From Sedimentisphaerales bacterium (GTDB lineage Bacteria > Planctomycetota > Phycisphaerae > Sedimentisphaerales > Anaerobacaceae): a stretch of 64,000 bases of DNA. Positions 52,424-62,150 of this stretch are shown piece by piece. Location of the stretch: NCBI GenBank assembly GCA_040772485.1, contig JAXGYC010000009.1, positions 416,001-480,000 of the forward strand, written 5' to 3'. The notes beneath the pieces were generated by a model. The model saw only the letters and a program-made list of their open reading frames with translations, ran no database searches and was not told the DNA's origin. A program made the translations under genes and the position numbers. The first letter of the stretch is position 1; each line of letters begins with the position of its first letter.

Positions 52424-55400
52424 ATGGTGGCGACGCGCTATGCGAGAATTCCCGTTTTCCTGTTGCTTCTGCTGGGTCTGTTCGTGAACGGGGTCTGGGG
52501 GGCGAACATTCTGTTCGTCACCGCCGAGCCGGCTGATCCCGAGGATGCGCCGATTCTTGCCTTTTTGGAAGGGCTGGGGCACACCGTTACGATCATCGAC
52601 GACGGGGAGAACGAGCCGACGACGGAGGCTGCCGCGGCGGCGGCCGATCTGGTGTTCATCTCGGAGTCGGTCGGCTCCAGCGCCATCCGCAACGAGATCA
52701 CCGAAATCGCGACGCCCATGATTATCACCGAGGCATGGGCGTGGGACGAGATGGGCCTGACCGAAGGCGCCGGCGGCGGGCTCGAAGTGGCCACGACCGA
52801 TATTGAGATTATCAATCCCGACCACTTCCTGGCGGCGGGCCTGAGCGGGACGGTACCCGTGCTGACCGGGATCGGGGAGGTGTCCATCGCCCGCTTCTCG
52901 ACGGCGGTTGCCGGGGCGGGGGCGACGGTGATCGCGACCGCCACGCTCAGCGACGGCCAGACCTGCGACGTTCTTTACGTCTACGAGCAGGGGACCCCAT
53001 TGGCGGTTGCCCCGGCCGATGGCAGTGCCCAGGTCGCAGCGGGGATGCGCATCTGTCTGGGCTTTGACGAGATCTCCTACGCCATGTGGAATGAGAACGC
53101 CTACGAGCTACTGGCGGCGGCGGTCAATTACGGACTGGGGATCACCGAACTGGCGAGAAATCCCAGACCGTCCGACGGCGCCAAGAACGTTGGTCCTGCG
53201 GCGCTTCAATGGTCCGCCGGCCAGGGAGCCGCATCGCACAACGTGTATTTCGGCACGAACCCGACGCCCGGAGCGGCTGAGTTGGTCAGCGAGCGTCAGA
53301 TGGATACGACGTATGTATTGCCGGCAGACCTCGTGCCTCAGACAACGTACTATTGGCGCATCGACGAGATCGAGGCCGATGGCAGCACGATCCATCCCGG
53401 CACCGTGTGGAGCTTCACGGCCGCGAGGCTGATTGCCAACGGTTCGAATCCCGCCGACGGCGCGGTCTTCGTCGATCCGGATGTTGACCTCAGTTGGATC
53501 GCCGGCTACGGCGCCGCGACGCACGATGTGTATCTCGGCGCGAACCAGACGGCGGTGCAGGACGCGACCGTGACCTCGCCCGAGTTCCAGGGCAATGTCT
53601 CGGCGACGAGTTACGATCCCGGCACGCTCGCCAGGAGCGCCACGTACTACTGGCGCATCGATGAGGTGAGCGCCGACGGCGCCACGGTACAGAAGGGCAA
53701 CGTCTGGCGTTTCTCGACCGTGCCGGACATCTCCGTTCGCGATCCGAATCTCGTCGGCTGGTGGAAGCTTGAAGACGAGGGCATCGACATCGTGATGGAC
53801 TACTCCGGCCACGGCAATCACGGTACGCTTAACGGCAACTTGCAGTGGGTCTTCGGATACGACGGCGATGCGCTCGACTTCGACGGCGCCAGCTACGTCA
53901 CACTGCCGGCGGGACTGACCAACACGAACCGAGGGTCTGTCACTGCGTGGATCAAGACCACCCTCGACGTCCGAGGCATGATCTTCTATGCGGCCGAGGG
54001 CAACAGCGGTGACGGCTTCGGAGGCCAGAACGAGTTCCACGCGCATATCCGCGACGGTGGCGACTTCGAGTTCTTCATCGAGGGCGGCGACACCGACACC
54101 ACCGTCCGCGCCAGCTCCGTCAACGACGACGCCTGGCACCATGTGGCGGCCACCTGGGCCGCCGGCGGGGATGTCGTTGTCTATGTTGATGGAGAGGCCG
54201 TCACCACGAGGGCCCACACCGCCAACAGCTTCGAGGCGCTCGGCGCGACCCGCCTGGGGGCCCCGATCTCCGACCAGCGCTACTACGTTGGCCTTCTCGA
54301 CGATGCGAGACTGTACGACTATGCGCTTTCGGCCGAACAGGTCGTCGAGACGATGAAGGGCGATCCAATGCTTGCGTCGGACCCGAGTCCCGCCAACCGC
54401 TCGGTGACGGACGTCGAACGGGGAACGACGCTGACATGGTCGCCGGGAACCAACGCCGCCGAACACCATGTCCACTTCGGAACGGACCGGACCGCCGTGA
54501 CGCAGGCCACCAGCTCCGACGCTACAGGCATCTATCAAGGCGTCCGGCCTCTCGGCGACGAGCGATTCGATCTGGCGGAGACGCTCGAATTCGACCAGAC
54601 CTACTACTGGCGCATCGACGAGCGGAACGCCGACGCGACGCTCAGCAAAGGCGTGATCTGGAGCTTCACGGTCGCCGACTACCTGATCGTCGACGACTTC
54701 GAGTCCTACAGCAACAATTCGCCGCACCAGCCGTTCCAGACCTGGACGGACGGATTCGGCTACGAGCAGGACGAATTCCTGCCCGGCAAGGAGGGCAACG
54801 AGACCGGTTCGCAGGTCGGCCACGACGTCTGGAGTCTCGACAGCCCGTATTTCAACGGCGAGTTCATGGAAAAGGAAATCGTCCACTCGGGCCGCCAGTC
54901 GCTGCCATTCTACTATGATAACAGCGGCCCCGGCGGTGCGATGTTGTACTCGGAGATCGAACGGACCTGGAGTGTGCCGCAGGACTGGACGCGGAATGGC
55001 GTGACGGCCCTTTCGCTGTTCTTCCAGGGCAATCCGCAGGCGTTCATCGAGACCCCATCGGGTCACATCCTCATCAGCGCCGCGGGCACGGACATCTGGG
55101 GCACTGCCGACGAGTTCCGATTCGTGCACAAGCGTTTCACCGGCGATGGCGCCATCGTCGCCCGGGTGGAGAGTGTCGACAATACCGATCCGTGGGCGAA
55201 GGCGGGTGTGATGATCCGCGATACGCTCGCCGCCGGCTCCGAGTTTGGCGCGGTGTACATCACGCCAGGCAACGGCTGCCGTTTCCATATCCGCACCGCG
55301 ACCGAAGGCGCCGCCACGAGTGACACCTCGGTGGCCACGCCCGAGCAGCAGGCGATCACCGCGCCCTACTGGGTCAAGCTCGAACGCGTGGGCATGTCCT

Positions 55401-55873
55401 GCAGCGGCTACTACAGCGCCGATCCCGCTACCGCCGGCTGGACCGCCATGTCGTGGAACCCACAGACGTTGTCCATGCCGGGCAACATCTACATCGGCCT
55501 GGCGGTGACCAGTCACAGCGCCGGTGACATCTGCATCGCCGAGTTCTCGCAAATTGAGATCACCGGCGACGTCACGGGCGACTGGGAGGTCTCCGACATC
55601 GGCGTCAGCCACCCGAACAACGCATCGGGACAGCTCTACGTCGCCCTCGAAGACAGCGGCGGTCGCGTGGCAGTGGTGAACCACCCGGATGGGGCAGCTT
55701 CCGTGCAACTCAAGGATTGGACGGACTGGACGATCGATCTGTCGCAATTCACCAGTCAGGGTGTCCGCATCACGGATGTCGAGAAGATGATGATTGGCGT
55801 GGGCGACCGCGACAACCCGGTCGCCGGCGGATCAGGCCGGCTGCTCATCGACGACATTACACTGCAACGGTGA
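52424..55873 (+). CDS. Large secreted LamG/jelly-roll protein with three internal HxVxFG..YYWRIDE..WxFT repeats
   Basis: Signal peptide, LVGWWKLE..WHHVAATW..LDDARLYD LamG domain, VDDFESY and DIWG..WAKAGVMIR domains. GGAGGA RBS. Confidence 0.85.
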   Translation: MVATRYARIPVFLLLLLGLFVNGVWGANILFVTAEPADPEDAPILAFLEGLGHTVTIIDDGENEPTTEAAAAAADLVFISESVGSSAIRNEITEIATPMIITEAWAWDEMGLTEGAGGGLEVATTDIEIINPDHFLAAGLSGTVPVLTGIGEVSIARFSTAVAGAGATVIATATLSDGQTCDVLYVYEQGTPLAVAPADGSAQVAAGMRICLGFDEISYAMWNENAYELLAAAVNYGLGITELARNPRPSDGAKNVGPAALQWSAGQGAASHNVYFGTNPTPGAAELVSERQMDTTYVLPADLVPQTTYYWRIDEIEADGSTIHPGTVWSFTAARLIANGSNPADGAVFVDPDVDLSWIAGYGAATHDVYLGANQTAVQDATVTSPEFQGNVSATSYDPGTLARSATYYWRIDEVSADGATVQKGNVWRFSTVPDISVRDPNLVGWWKLEDEGIDIVMDYSGHGNHGTLNGNLQWVFGYDGDALDFDGASYVTLPAGLTNTNRGSVTAWIKTTLDVRGMIFYAAEGNSGDGFGGQNEFHAHIRDGGDFEFFIEGGDTDTTVRASSVNDDAWHHVAATWAAGGDVVVYVDGEAVTTRAHTANSFEALGATRLGAPISDQRYYVGLLDDARLYDYALSAEQVVETMKGDPMLASDPSPANRSVTDVERGTTLTWSPGTNAAEHHVHFGTDRTAVTQATSSDATGIYQGVRPLGDERFDLAETLEFDQTYYWRIDERNADATLSKGVIWSFTVADYLIVDDFESYSNNSPHQPFQTWTDGFGYEQDEFLPGKEGNETGSQVGHDVWSLDSPYFNGEFMEKEIVHSGRQSLPFYYDNSGPGGAMLYSEIERTWSVPQDWTRNGVTALSLFFQGNPQAFIETPSGHILISAAGTDIWGTADEFRFVHKRFTGDGAIVARVESVDNTDPWAKAGVMIRDTLAAGSEFGAVYITPGNGCRFHIRTATEGAATSDTSVATPEQQAITAPYWVKLERVGMSCSGYYSADPATAGWTAMSWNPQTLSMPGNIYIGLAVTSHSAGDICIAEFSQIEITGDVTGDWEVSDIGVSHPNNASGQLYVALEDSGGRVAVVNHPDGAASVQLKDWTDWTIDLSQFTSQGVRITDVEKMMIGVGDRDNPVAGGSGRLLIDDITLQR

Positions 55874-55884
55874 TTGACCCGTTT

Positions 55885-55912
55885 GTAGGGGCGAATGATT
55901 ATTCGCCCCTAC
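55885..55912. repeat. 28-bp GTAG REP between convergent genes; supplies the TAG stop of the esterase
   Basis: GTAGGGGCGAATGATTATTCGCCCCTAC. CTA at 55909-55911 is the stop on the minus strand. Confidence 0.9.
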
Positions 55913-56730
55913 GGGCGCAGATCGTCCGGGCTGACATTCTGTCGACGAAGCATCGCCAGGGCATAGCGAAGCCCGAGCCTTCTGGCGGCTTCCGTGTTGA
56001 AGTGCACCTGGTCGTCCTTGCAGGCCAGGCCCGCTGCGGAGACCCAGAAGACCCGCTCGTCCGCCTTCGCGGCGGCCCGGATCGGTTCGATCACGAATCG
56101 GCTCTCGGGTGTTCGGGCGATGAAGGCGTCGGCGGGAGTGCCGGCCACAAACAGCAGGTCTGGAGCGTTCAGGTCCTGGCGCAGCCGCCGGATCAACTCC
56201 GTCAATCGCTGCGCGTAGAGCGGCCCGTCCTCGGCGTTGCTGTCGCTTTCTCCCTGGTGCCAGAGCACGCCTTTGAATGTGCCCCGCTGCCCGGCGATGC
56301 GGCAACGTGCGATCGCGTCGTCGTAAGGGTGAACGCCTGTCGCAGGGTAGTAAGCCTCGGGCTTCCACACCGAGATCGGCGAGCCTCCCACCGCGCAGGG
56401 GACCAGGCCGATGACGACGTTCGGGTCCGCCTGGGCCATGGCCTTGCCAAAGGCCAGGCCCGGGCCGACTCCCACGATCGCCGGCTTGTCAAAGTGCAGC
56501 GGGTCCACGGCGGGCACCCAGCGGTTCTCGCGGTTCAGGGCGAAAACGCGCGGGTGTGCGGTCTTGTCCTGCTCGGCCGGAACGCCGCGACCGGCCATGT
56601 TCGACTGGCCGGCCAGCAGATACAGATGGAACGCGTCCTTTCGGACCTCGGGCAACGGGTTCTCCTGTGCCCAGGCTGCGGCGGCGAGAACGCCCAGTAG
56701 CAGGAGAGCAAAGAAGAGACGGCTCCTCAT
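55909..56730 (-). CDS. SASA/sialate O-acetylesterase-like (CE6-type SGNH) esterase
   Basis: AGQSNMAGRG, LWHQGESD, DQVHF. Confidence 0.9.
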   Translation of the reverse strand: MRSRLFFALLLLGVLAAAAWAQENPLPEVRKDAFHLYLLAGQSNMAGRGVPAEQDKTAHPRVFALNRENRWVPAVDPLHFDKPAIVGVGPGLAFGKAMAQADPNVVIGLVPCAVGGSPISVWKPEAYYPATGVHPYDDAIARCRIAGQRGTFKGVLWHQGESDSNAEDGPLYAQRLTELIRRLRQDLNAPDLLFVAGTPADAFIARTPESRFVIEPIRAAAKADERVFWVSAAGLACKDDQVHFNTEAARRLGLRYALAMLRRQNVSPDDLRP

Positions 56731-56767
56731 GGTTGTCTCCCTGTCGTGGAAGTGGCCATCCGAATTG

Positions 56768-58156
56768 TCAGGCGGAGGCCAGGGTTTCCACCGCAGCGAT
56801 GGTCTTCGGGATCGGCGGGCCCAACACGCGGCCGCCCGTATCCATCACCAGAACATCGTCTTCGATTCGGACCCCGCCGAAGTCGCGGTAGGTTTCCACC
56901 TTGGCGTAGTCGATGAAGGTGTCGCACTTTTGCTCGGCTTTCCAGCGGTCGATCAGCGTCGGAATGAAGTAGATGCCGGGCTCGACGGTCACGACGTGGC
57001 CCGGCTCGACGGCCTTGCCCAGCCGCAGCGAGCTCCAGCCAAACGCCGGGTTTCTTCGGATCGCCTCGGTGTAGCCGACGTAGTCCTCGCCCAGGCCCTC
57101 CATGTCGTGGACGTCGAGCCCCATCATGTGGCCCAGGCCGCACTGGAAGAACAGCGTATGGGCGCCCGCCTCGACGGCTTCCTCCGGATCGCCCTTCGTC
57201 AGGCCCAGTTCTTTCAGTCCGGCCACCAGCCTCACGCAGGCCAGACGATGGACGTCCCGGAATTCCACGCTGGGCCGGATCGCGGCGATGGCGCTCTCCT
57301 GCGCATCGAACACGATGGAGTAGATCTCGCGCTGCCTCTGCGTAAATCGCCCACCGACAGGGATCGTTCGCGTGATGTCACTGGCGTACCGCATGGGCGA
57401 CTCGGCGCCCGAATCGTTCACCACGATGTCCCCGGCCTTCATCACATTGTTGTGGAAGGGATTGTGCAGCGTCTCGCCGTGAATGCTGAAGATTGGTTCG
57501 AAGGCGAAGCGCACGCCCAGAGCCATCGCAATGCCTGCCATGGCGCCGGCGACCTCGCGTTCGATCACACCCGGTCTGGCCATCTTCATCGCGGCGGTAT
57601 GCATCTGATACGAGACGCTCAAGGCCATCTCGATCTGCTCGATTTCCTCGGACGATTTCACCGACCGCTGCGCGACCACGGCGCGAATCAACGTCTCGGA
57701 AGCCAACTCGCTGACGGCTTCCGGCGGGAAGCCGAGCAGCTCGCTGATCCACAGGAGATGGTCGGCACGGTAGGGCGGAAGGAAATGGATCGCACGACCC
57801 CGTTTGCTCGCCTTCTCCAGCACGAACGCCAAATCCTGGCTGGGGGCGGTCTGCGTCACGCCCACGCGTCGAGCCTTTTCGCGAAGCGAGGTCTGCGGAC
57901 CCGTCCAGATCACTTCATCGATGGTCACGTCGTCGCCGAAGAGGCATTCGGTCCCTTCGTCCACGTCGATTACCGCTGCGAGCCCCGGCTCATCGAGCCC
58001 GAAAAAGTACAGGAACGTGCTGTCCTGCCGGAAGGGATAGCAGTTGTCGGGGTAGTTCACAGGCGACGGATCGTTGCCGAGGAGCAGAATCACCCCCGAT
58101 GCCACCTGTTTCCGCAGGCGTCTTCTTCGCGCCGTGTATGTTTCCGTCGGGAACAT
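56768..58156 (-). CDS. pepP: Xaa-Pro aminopeptidase (M24B)
   Basis: YPFRQDSTFLY, YASDITRT, GLGHMMGLDVHD, TVEPGIY, GGVRIEDD. Confidence 0.92.
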   Translation of the reverse strand: MFPTETYTARRRRLRKQVASGVILLLGNDPSPVNYPDNCYPFRQDSTFLYFFGLDEPGLAAVIDVDEGTECLFGDDVTIDEVIWTGPQTSLREKARRVGVTQTAPSQDLAFVLEKASKRGRAIHFLPPYRADHLLWISELLGFPPEAVSELASETLIRAVVAQRSVKSSEEIEQIEMALSVSYQMHTAAMKMARPGVIEREVAGAMAGIAMALGVRFAFEPIFSIHGETLHNPFHNNVMKAGDIVVNDSGAESPMRYASDITRTIPVGGRFTQRQREIYSIVFDAQESAIAAIRPSVEFRDVHRLACVRLVAGLKELGLTKGDPEEAVEAGAHTLFFQCGLGHMMGLDVHDMEGLGEDYVGYTEAIRRNPAFGWSSLRLGKAVEPGHVVTVEPGIYFIPTLIDRWKAEQKCDTFIDYAKVETYRDFGGVRIEDDVLVMDTGGRVLGPPIPKTIAAVETLASA

Positions 58157-58158
58157 GG

Positions 58159-59595
58159 TCAGCTCGGCCCCGTCGCCTTCTTCCTGGTGAGCAGACTCAC
58201 ACCGACCAGCGCCAGCACTGACAGCGTGATGGCCGGCAGCACGGCGTCGAGTTCGACAGCCCACGTCGGAAGGCGGCCCTTGTCGAGCCCCGACCAGACC
58301 AGCGTCGTTATCGTCCCGGCAAGGATCGACGCGATTGCTCCGTATCGAGTCGCTCCCTTCCAGAACAGAGCGGCCACCAGGCACGGAGTGATCGCCACCC
58401 CGTAAATCGTGTACGCGTACAAAGCCTTTTCGAAAATAGTGGTCGATTGGGCGAACGCCAACGACACCAGGTAGGCGATGATGCCGAAGACCAGCACCAT
58501 CAACCGGCTCAGAAAGACCACGCGCTTCTCCGAGGCTTTCGGATTGATATGATTCAGATAGATGTCGCGAATCGCTGTTGTTGCAGGGATCAACAGAAAC
58601 GAATCGGCCGTCGAAATGATGATGCCCACGATGGTGATCAGGAAGAACAGGCCCAGGATGGTGGGCATGAGGGTCTTGGCGGCGTAGATCAGGACGTACT
58701 TGCCGAAGGCCGCGTCCGGGATCAGGCTGGAGGCGACCCAGGCCTCCAGGATGATCAGACTCTCGACCAGCAGCACGGCGAAGACCATGAAGATCACGGC
58801 GCTCCGGGCTCCCTTGGCGCTCTTGCTGGCGAAGAACCGCTGGTATTGATTGGCGTCGCCCATGATCAGCAAAAAGACAGGCAGGATGAAGTTGACGATC
58901 TCGGCCTTGCTGAACACGCCCCAGAACCGCATGTGTTCGGGCTTGCCCATCGCGGCGAAGCTCGCCTCCATGCCCTCCCATCCGCCGGCTCGGCCCCAGA
59001 GGATCGGGAAGGCGACAATCAGCGACAGCGTGATGATGATCCCGGTGACGATATCGGTGTAAGCCAGGCTCATCAGACCGGCGAGAATGGTATAGGTGAT
59101 GATGAAGACCGCCGCGATGACGGTCGCCCAAGGCAGCGGCAGGAGCGACCGGCCGGAATCGTCGGTCAGGATCACGTGCAGCACCGCCCCGCCCGCATTG
59201 AACTGGTAGCTGACGATCACCATGTACGCAATGACGAGGGACAAGACCGCCAGGAGCCTCGCGACTGTTCCATATCGAGACCCGATGATCTCCGGCACGG
59301 AATAGGCCTCGTAGCTGCGCGCGCGGGGAGCCACCCAGGTCAGCAGGATCATGCCGATCACGCTGCCGGTGGGGATGATCAACGCCGCCAGACCACTCTC
59401 GTACGTCTTGCCCGCGTTGCCGACGATCGATCCGGTGCCGATCCAGGCCGCCAGCATGGTGCAGACGAGGACCCAGGGGGACAACGTCCGGCCGGCAACC
59501 GCGAAATCCGCCTGCGTCTTGACCTGGCGGGATTTGTAGATGCCGATGCCCGTCAGGGCGAACAGATAGACGAGAATTGCGATGAGATAGACCAT
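58159..59595 (-). CDS. Sodium:solute symporter (SSS family)
   Basis: DFAVAGR, AWIGTGS, YTILAGL..AYTD, YQRFFASKS, ISTADS. About 13 TMs. Confidence 0.9.
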   Translation of the reverse strand: MVYLIAILVYLFALTGIGIYKSRQVKTQADFAVAGRTLSPWVLVCTMLAAWIGTGSIVGNAGKTYESGLAALIIPTGSVIGMILLTWVAPRARSYEAYSVPEIIGSRYGTVARLLAVLSLVIAYMVIVSYQFNAGGAVLHVILTDDSGRSLLPLPWATVIAAVFIITYTILAGLMSLAYTDIVTGIIITLSLIVAFPILWGRAGGWEGMEASFAAMGKPEHMRFWGVFSKAEIVNFILPVFLLIMGDANQYQRFFASKSAKGARSAVIFMVFAVLLVESLIILEAWVASSLIPDAAFGKYVLIYAAKTLMPTILGLFFLITIVGIIISTADSFLLIPATTAIRDIYLNHINPKASEKRVVFLSRLMVLVFGIIAYLVSLAFAQSTTIFEKALYAYTIYGVAITPCLVAALFWKGATRYGAIASILAGTITTLVWSGLDKGRLPTWAVELDAVLPAITLSVLALVGVSLLTRKKATGPS

Positions 59596-59635
59596 GGCAC
59601 CTGCTTCGTGTCTGGACGCCGGCTGCGCGTCGATG

Positions 59636-61315
59636 TCACTTGATGAACTGTTCGACAAAGTACCTGGGCGTCAGCGGCTCGTCCGTGGCTCGAACGATCA
59701 TCTCGTCCCAGCGGTAGCGGGCCCCCGGGCCGAGCACGTGCTCACGGAAGTACCTGCCGATGCGCTCGTCGCCAACATAGCTGAGCCTCTCGTCCGAATC
59801 AAGCCTCAATATCTGGTGGACGATGGCGTGGTGCCATTGCGAGGCCAGCAGTTCTCCGAGCACGTAGTTGTGGTAGTAGCACGGGGCGGTGGTGAAATGC
59901 AGCTTCGAGACCCAGCCGGGGTCGGGCTTCTCGGGCGGGCGCCGGAGGAACTGATACTTCTCGACGAGGTCCCACCAGAGCGTATTCAGGTCCCGGCCGG
60001 GATCGGCGTACAGGGCCTTCTCGAAATGGTACATGACCAGCGCCCAGCGCACGAAGAGAATCTGCTGGAATTGGAGGTAGCGGTCGCTGACGGTCTTGAT
60101 CCTGGCGGTTTCCTCGTCGGACAAGCCCAGCATCTGCTGCATCCAGGCGGCGTTCCGGCTGAGCCGGCCGAAGAACATCGCCACCGCCTCGGTGGTGAAG
60201 CTGTGCGCCGGCTCGCGGAGCAGCCAGGGCTCGCGCCGGTCGTGGTACTTGCTGTAAAGGGCATGACCCAGCTCGTGCAGGAGGGTCTCCATCCACCGCT
60301 CGGTGTCCTGGAGGTTGGCCAGTACCCGGGCGTCGCCCTCGCGATCCGCGTCGAAGCCGTATGCGTGCGGATACTTCCCCTCGCGGTCGTACAGGTCGCT
60401 GCGGGCCAGGATGTCATCGACGGGCAGGCCCACGCCGGCGTAGTAGCGTCGCGCCAGGTCTTCGACGCGGCGGCCTTTGTAGTACCGGTCCAGGTCCAGC
60501 TCGTAGACAAGCGGTGTCCGCTGAAAGAACGGATCGTGGTAGTGCCAGGGCATCAACTCCGACGGGGCGATGCCGTAGCTCCTGGCCAGGATCGCGTCCA
60601 GCTCCTTCTTTTGCCTGGCGAACGGCTCGCGGGTCAGTGCGTCCAGTTCATCAAAGATGCGGTCGAGCTGTGCGACGTTCTGCTCGCCCGTCACGATGGT
60701 CATGGTGTGGTAGTTGTCGAAACCGAGTGCCTTCGCCGCCTGGTTGCGGAGCTTCACCAGGCGCAGAAAGTCCTCGATAATGACGTTGCCGACCTGCTTG
60801 CTGGCGCGCCAGGCCGCCTCGCGTTTGGGCGTGTTCTTCTCCGTTGTCAGGAGCATGTAGATATCGCTCATGGTGACGTCTTGCCCGTCGATGCGCCCTC
60901 GGTAGCTGTTGTAAGTCTGCTGGATCTGCGTGTCGAGCTGCACGATCTGCGTGAGCAGTTCCGGCTCGATCTGGTTTTGGAGATAGGCGTAGTAGAGCCT
61001 CTCGATCTGGCGGGCCAGGCGTGGATCGGCGATGGCCCCTGCTTCTCTGAACGCCTTGATCCGTGCGAAGTCCTCCCGATTGCTGTAGAGCTGTCGGATT
61101 TCCAGTTGCAGGGCCTCATACTTGCCCCACGCCTCGTTCCGGCCGGTTGTGGTGGCCTCCCAGTACGTGAGATTGGCCTGCGTCCACAGTGGCGCGACCT
61201 GCGCCACATGCACCTCGATGAACTCGGCCGATTCGCTCTCCTGTGACGCAGCCTCGACATTGGCCAGAGCTGTGGCTGTGAGCAGCAAAACGCTCCCGAT
61301 GGATATCAATCTCAT
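59636..61315 (-). CDS. Secreted M2/M3-like gluzincin metallopeptidase
   Basis: TLLHELGHA..TEAVAM, YYHNYVLG. Signal peptide. Confidence 0.88.
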   Translation of the reverse strand: MRLISIGSVLLLTATALANVEAASQESESAEFIEVHVAQVAPLWTQANLTYWEATTTGRNEAWGKYEALQLEIRQLYSNREDFARIKAFREAGAIADPRLARQIERLYYAYLQNQIEPELLTQIVQLDTQIQQTYNSYRGRIDGQDVTMSDIYMLLTTEKNTPKREAAWRASKQVGNVIIEDFLRLVKLRNQAAKALGFDNYHTMTIVTGEQNVAQLDRIFDELDALTREPFARQKKELDAILARSYGIAPSELMPWHYHDPFFQRTPLVYELDLDRYYKGRRVEDLARRYYAGVGLPVDDILARSDLYDREGKYPHAYGFDADREGDARVLANLQDTERWMETLLHELGHALYSKYHDRREPWLLREPAHSFTTEAVAMFFGRLSRNAAWMQQMLGLSDEETARIKTVSDRYLQFQQILFVRWALVMYHFEKALYADPGRDLNTLWWDLVEKYQFLRRPPEKPDPGWVSKLHFTTAPCYYHNYVLGELLASQWHHAIVHQILRLDSDERLSYVGDERIGRYFREHVLGPGARYRWDEMIVRATDEPLTPRYFVEQFIK

Positions 61316-61434
61316 GTTGCATCTCCTCACGCGATTTCTCGAAGCGGCCAGTCTATCATGCCTGGCTGCAAGGCAGAGAAGAACGTCGCCGATCCGGCTG
61401 AGTTGCTCAGTGACTCGCTGACGTCACGTGAGAC

Positions 61435-61740
61435 TTATGCGACGCACCGTGATCGGACCTCTTTGTCGATTTTCGAGCCGATCTTCTGCTTGGCGACCTT
61501 CAGATCATAGCTGGTCTGGAGGTTCAGCCAGAATTCGGGCGTGGTGCCAAAGTAACGTGCCAGCCGGAGGGCTGTGTCAGGTGTGACGGCACGTCGTTCA
61601 CGCACGATCTCGTTGACGCGCGGGGCGGGCACCTTCAGCTCCATTGCGAGCGCGTGAGCGTTCATCTGCAGCGGTTTGAGGAACTCCTCACGCAGAATCT
61701 CACCAGGATGAACGGGCCGCATCTTGTTTGCTATGCTCAT
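61435..61740 (-). CDS. higA: HigA antitoxin (HTH_3)
   Basis: PVHPGEILREEFL..TPDTALRLARYFGTTPEFWLNLQ. Confidence 0.95.
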   Translation of the reverse strand: MSIANKMRPVHPGEILREEFLKPLQMNAHALAMELKVPAPRVNEIVRERRAVTPDTALRLARYFGTTPEFWLNLQTSYDLKVAKQKIGSKIDKEVRSRCVA

Positions 61741-61752
61741 CGTCTAATCTCC

Positions 61753-62031
61753 TCAGTGGTAATCCACAATCTCAACATCGAATGCGTCGCCACTTTCGAA
61801 GCGAAAGCACAGACGCCACTGGTCATTGATACGAATGCTCCACTGGCCTTTCCGGTTTCTCAGCAAGGCCTCCAGTCGGTTGCCCGGCGGAACGCGAAGA
61901 TCCTGGATTGCATGGGCGCTGTCCAGCATCTGCAGTTTTCGCTCGGCCACAGTGGCGATCGCCTGGAACCGGCGGGGGCGCCGGCCTTCAAACAACGCCT
62001 GTGTCTTCGTGCAACGGAAGCTCTTGATCAT
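61753..62031 (-). CDS. higB: HigB toxin (RelE superfamily)
   Basis: MIKSF..PPGNRLEAL..SIRINDQWRLCF..VEIVDYH. Confidence 0.95.
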   Translation of the reverse strand: MIKSFRCTKTQALFEGRRPRRFQAIATVAERKLQMLDSAHAIQDLRVPPGNRLEALLRNRKGQWSIRINDQWRLCFRFESGDAFDVEIVDYH

Positions 62032-62037
62032 GGAGGG

Positions 62038-62066
62038 AGTATATAACGCATCACGTTAAATGTCAA
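62038..62066 (-). promoter_or_regulatory. higBA promoter TTGACA-N17-TATACT with operator TAACG-N5-CGTTA in the spacer
   Basis: Minus strand reads TTGACA TTTAACGTGATGCGTTA TATACT, and the ATG follows 6 nt after the -10. Confidence 0.85.
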
Positions 62067-62150
62067 GCGGATACTTCGGGCGAAGGACGCCGGCCGTGCA
62101 GGGCCGATGGAAATTGCAGTTCAGAACGACTCTCTTGTGACGGGCCGCCT

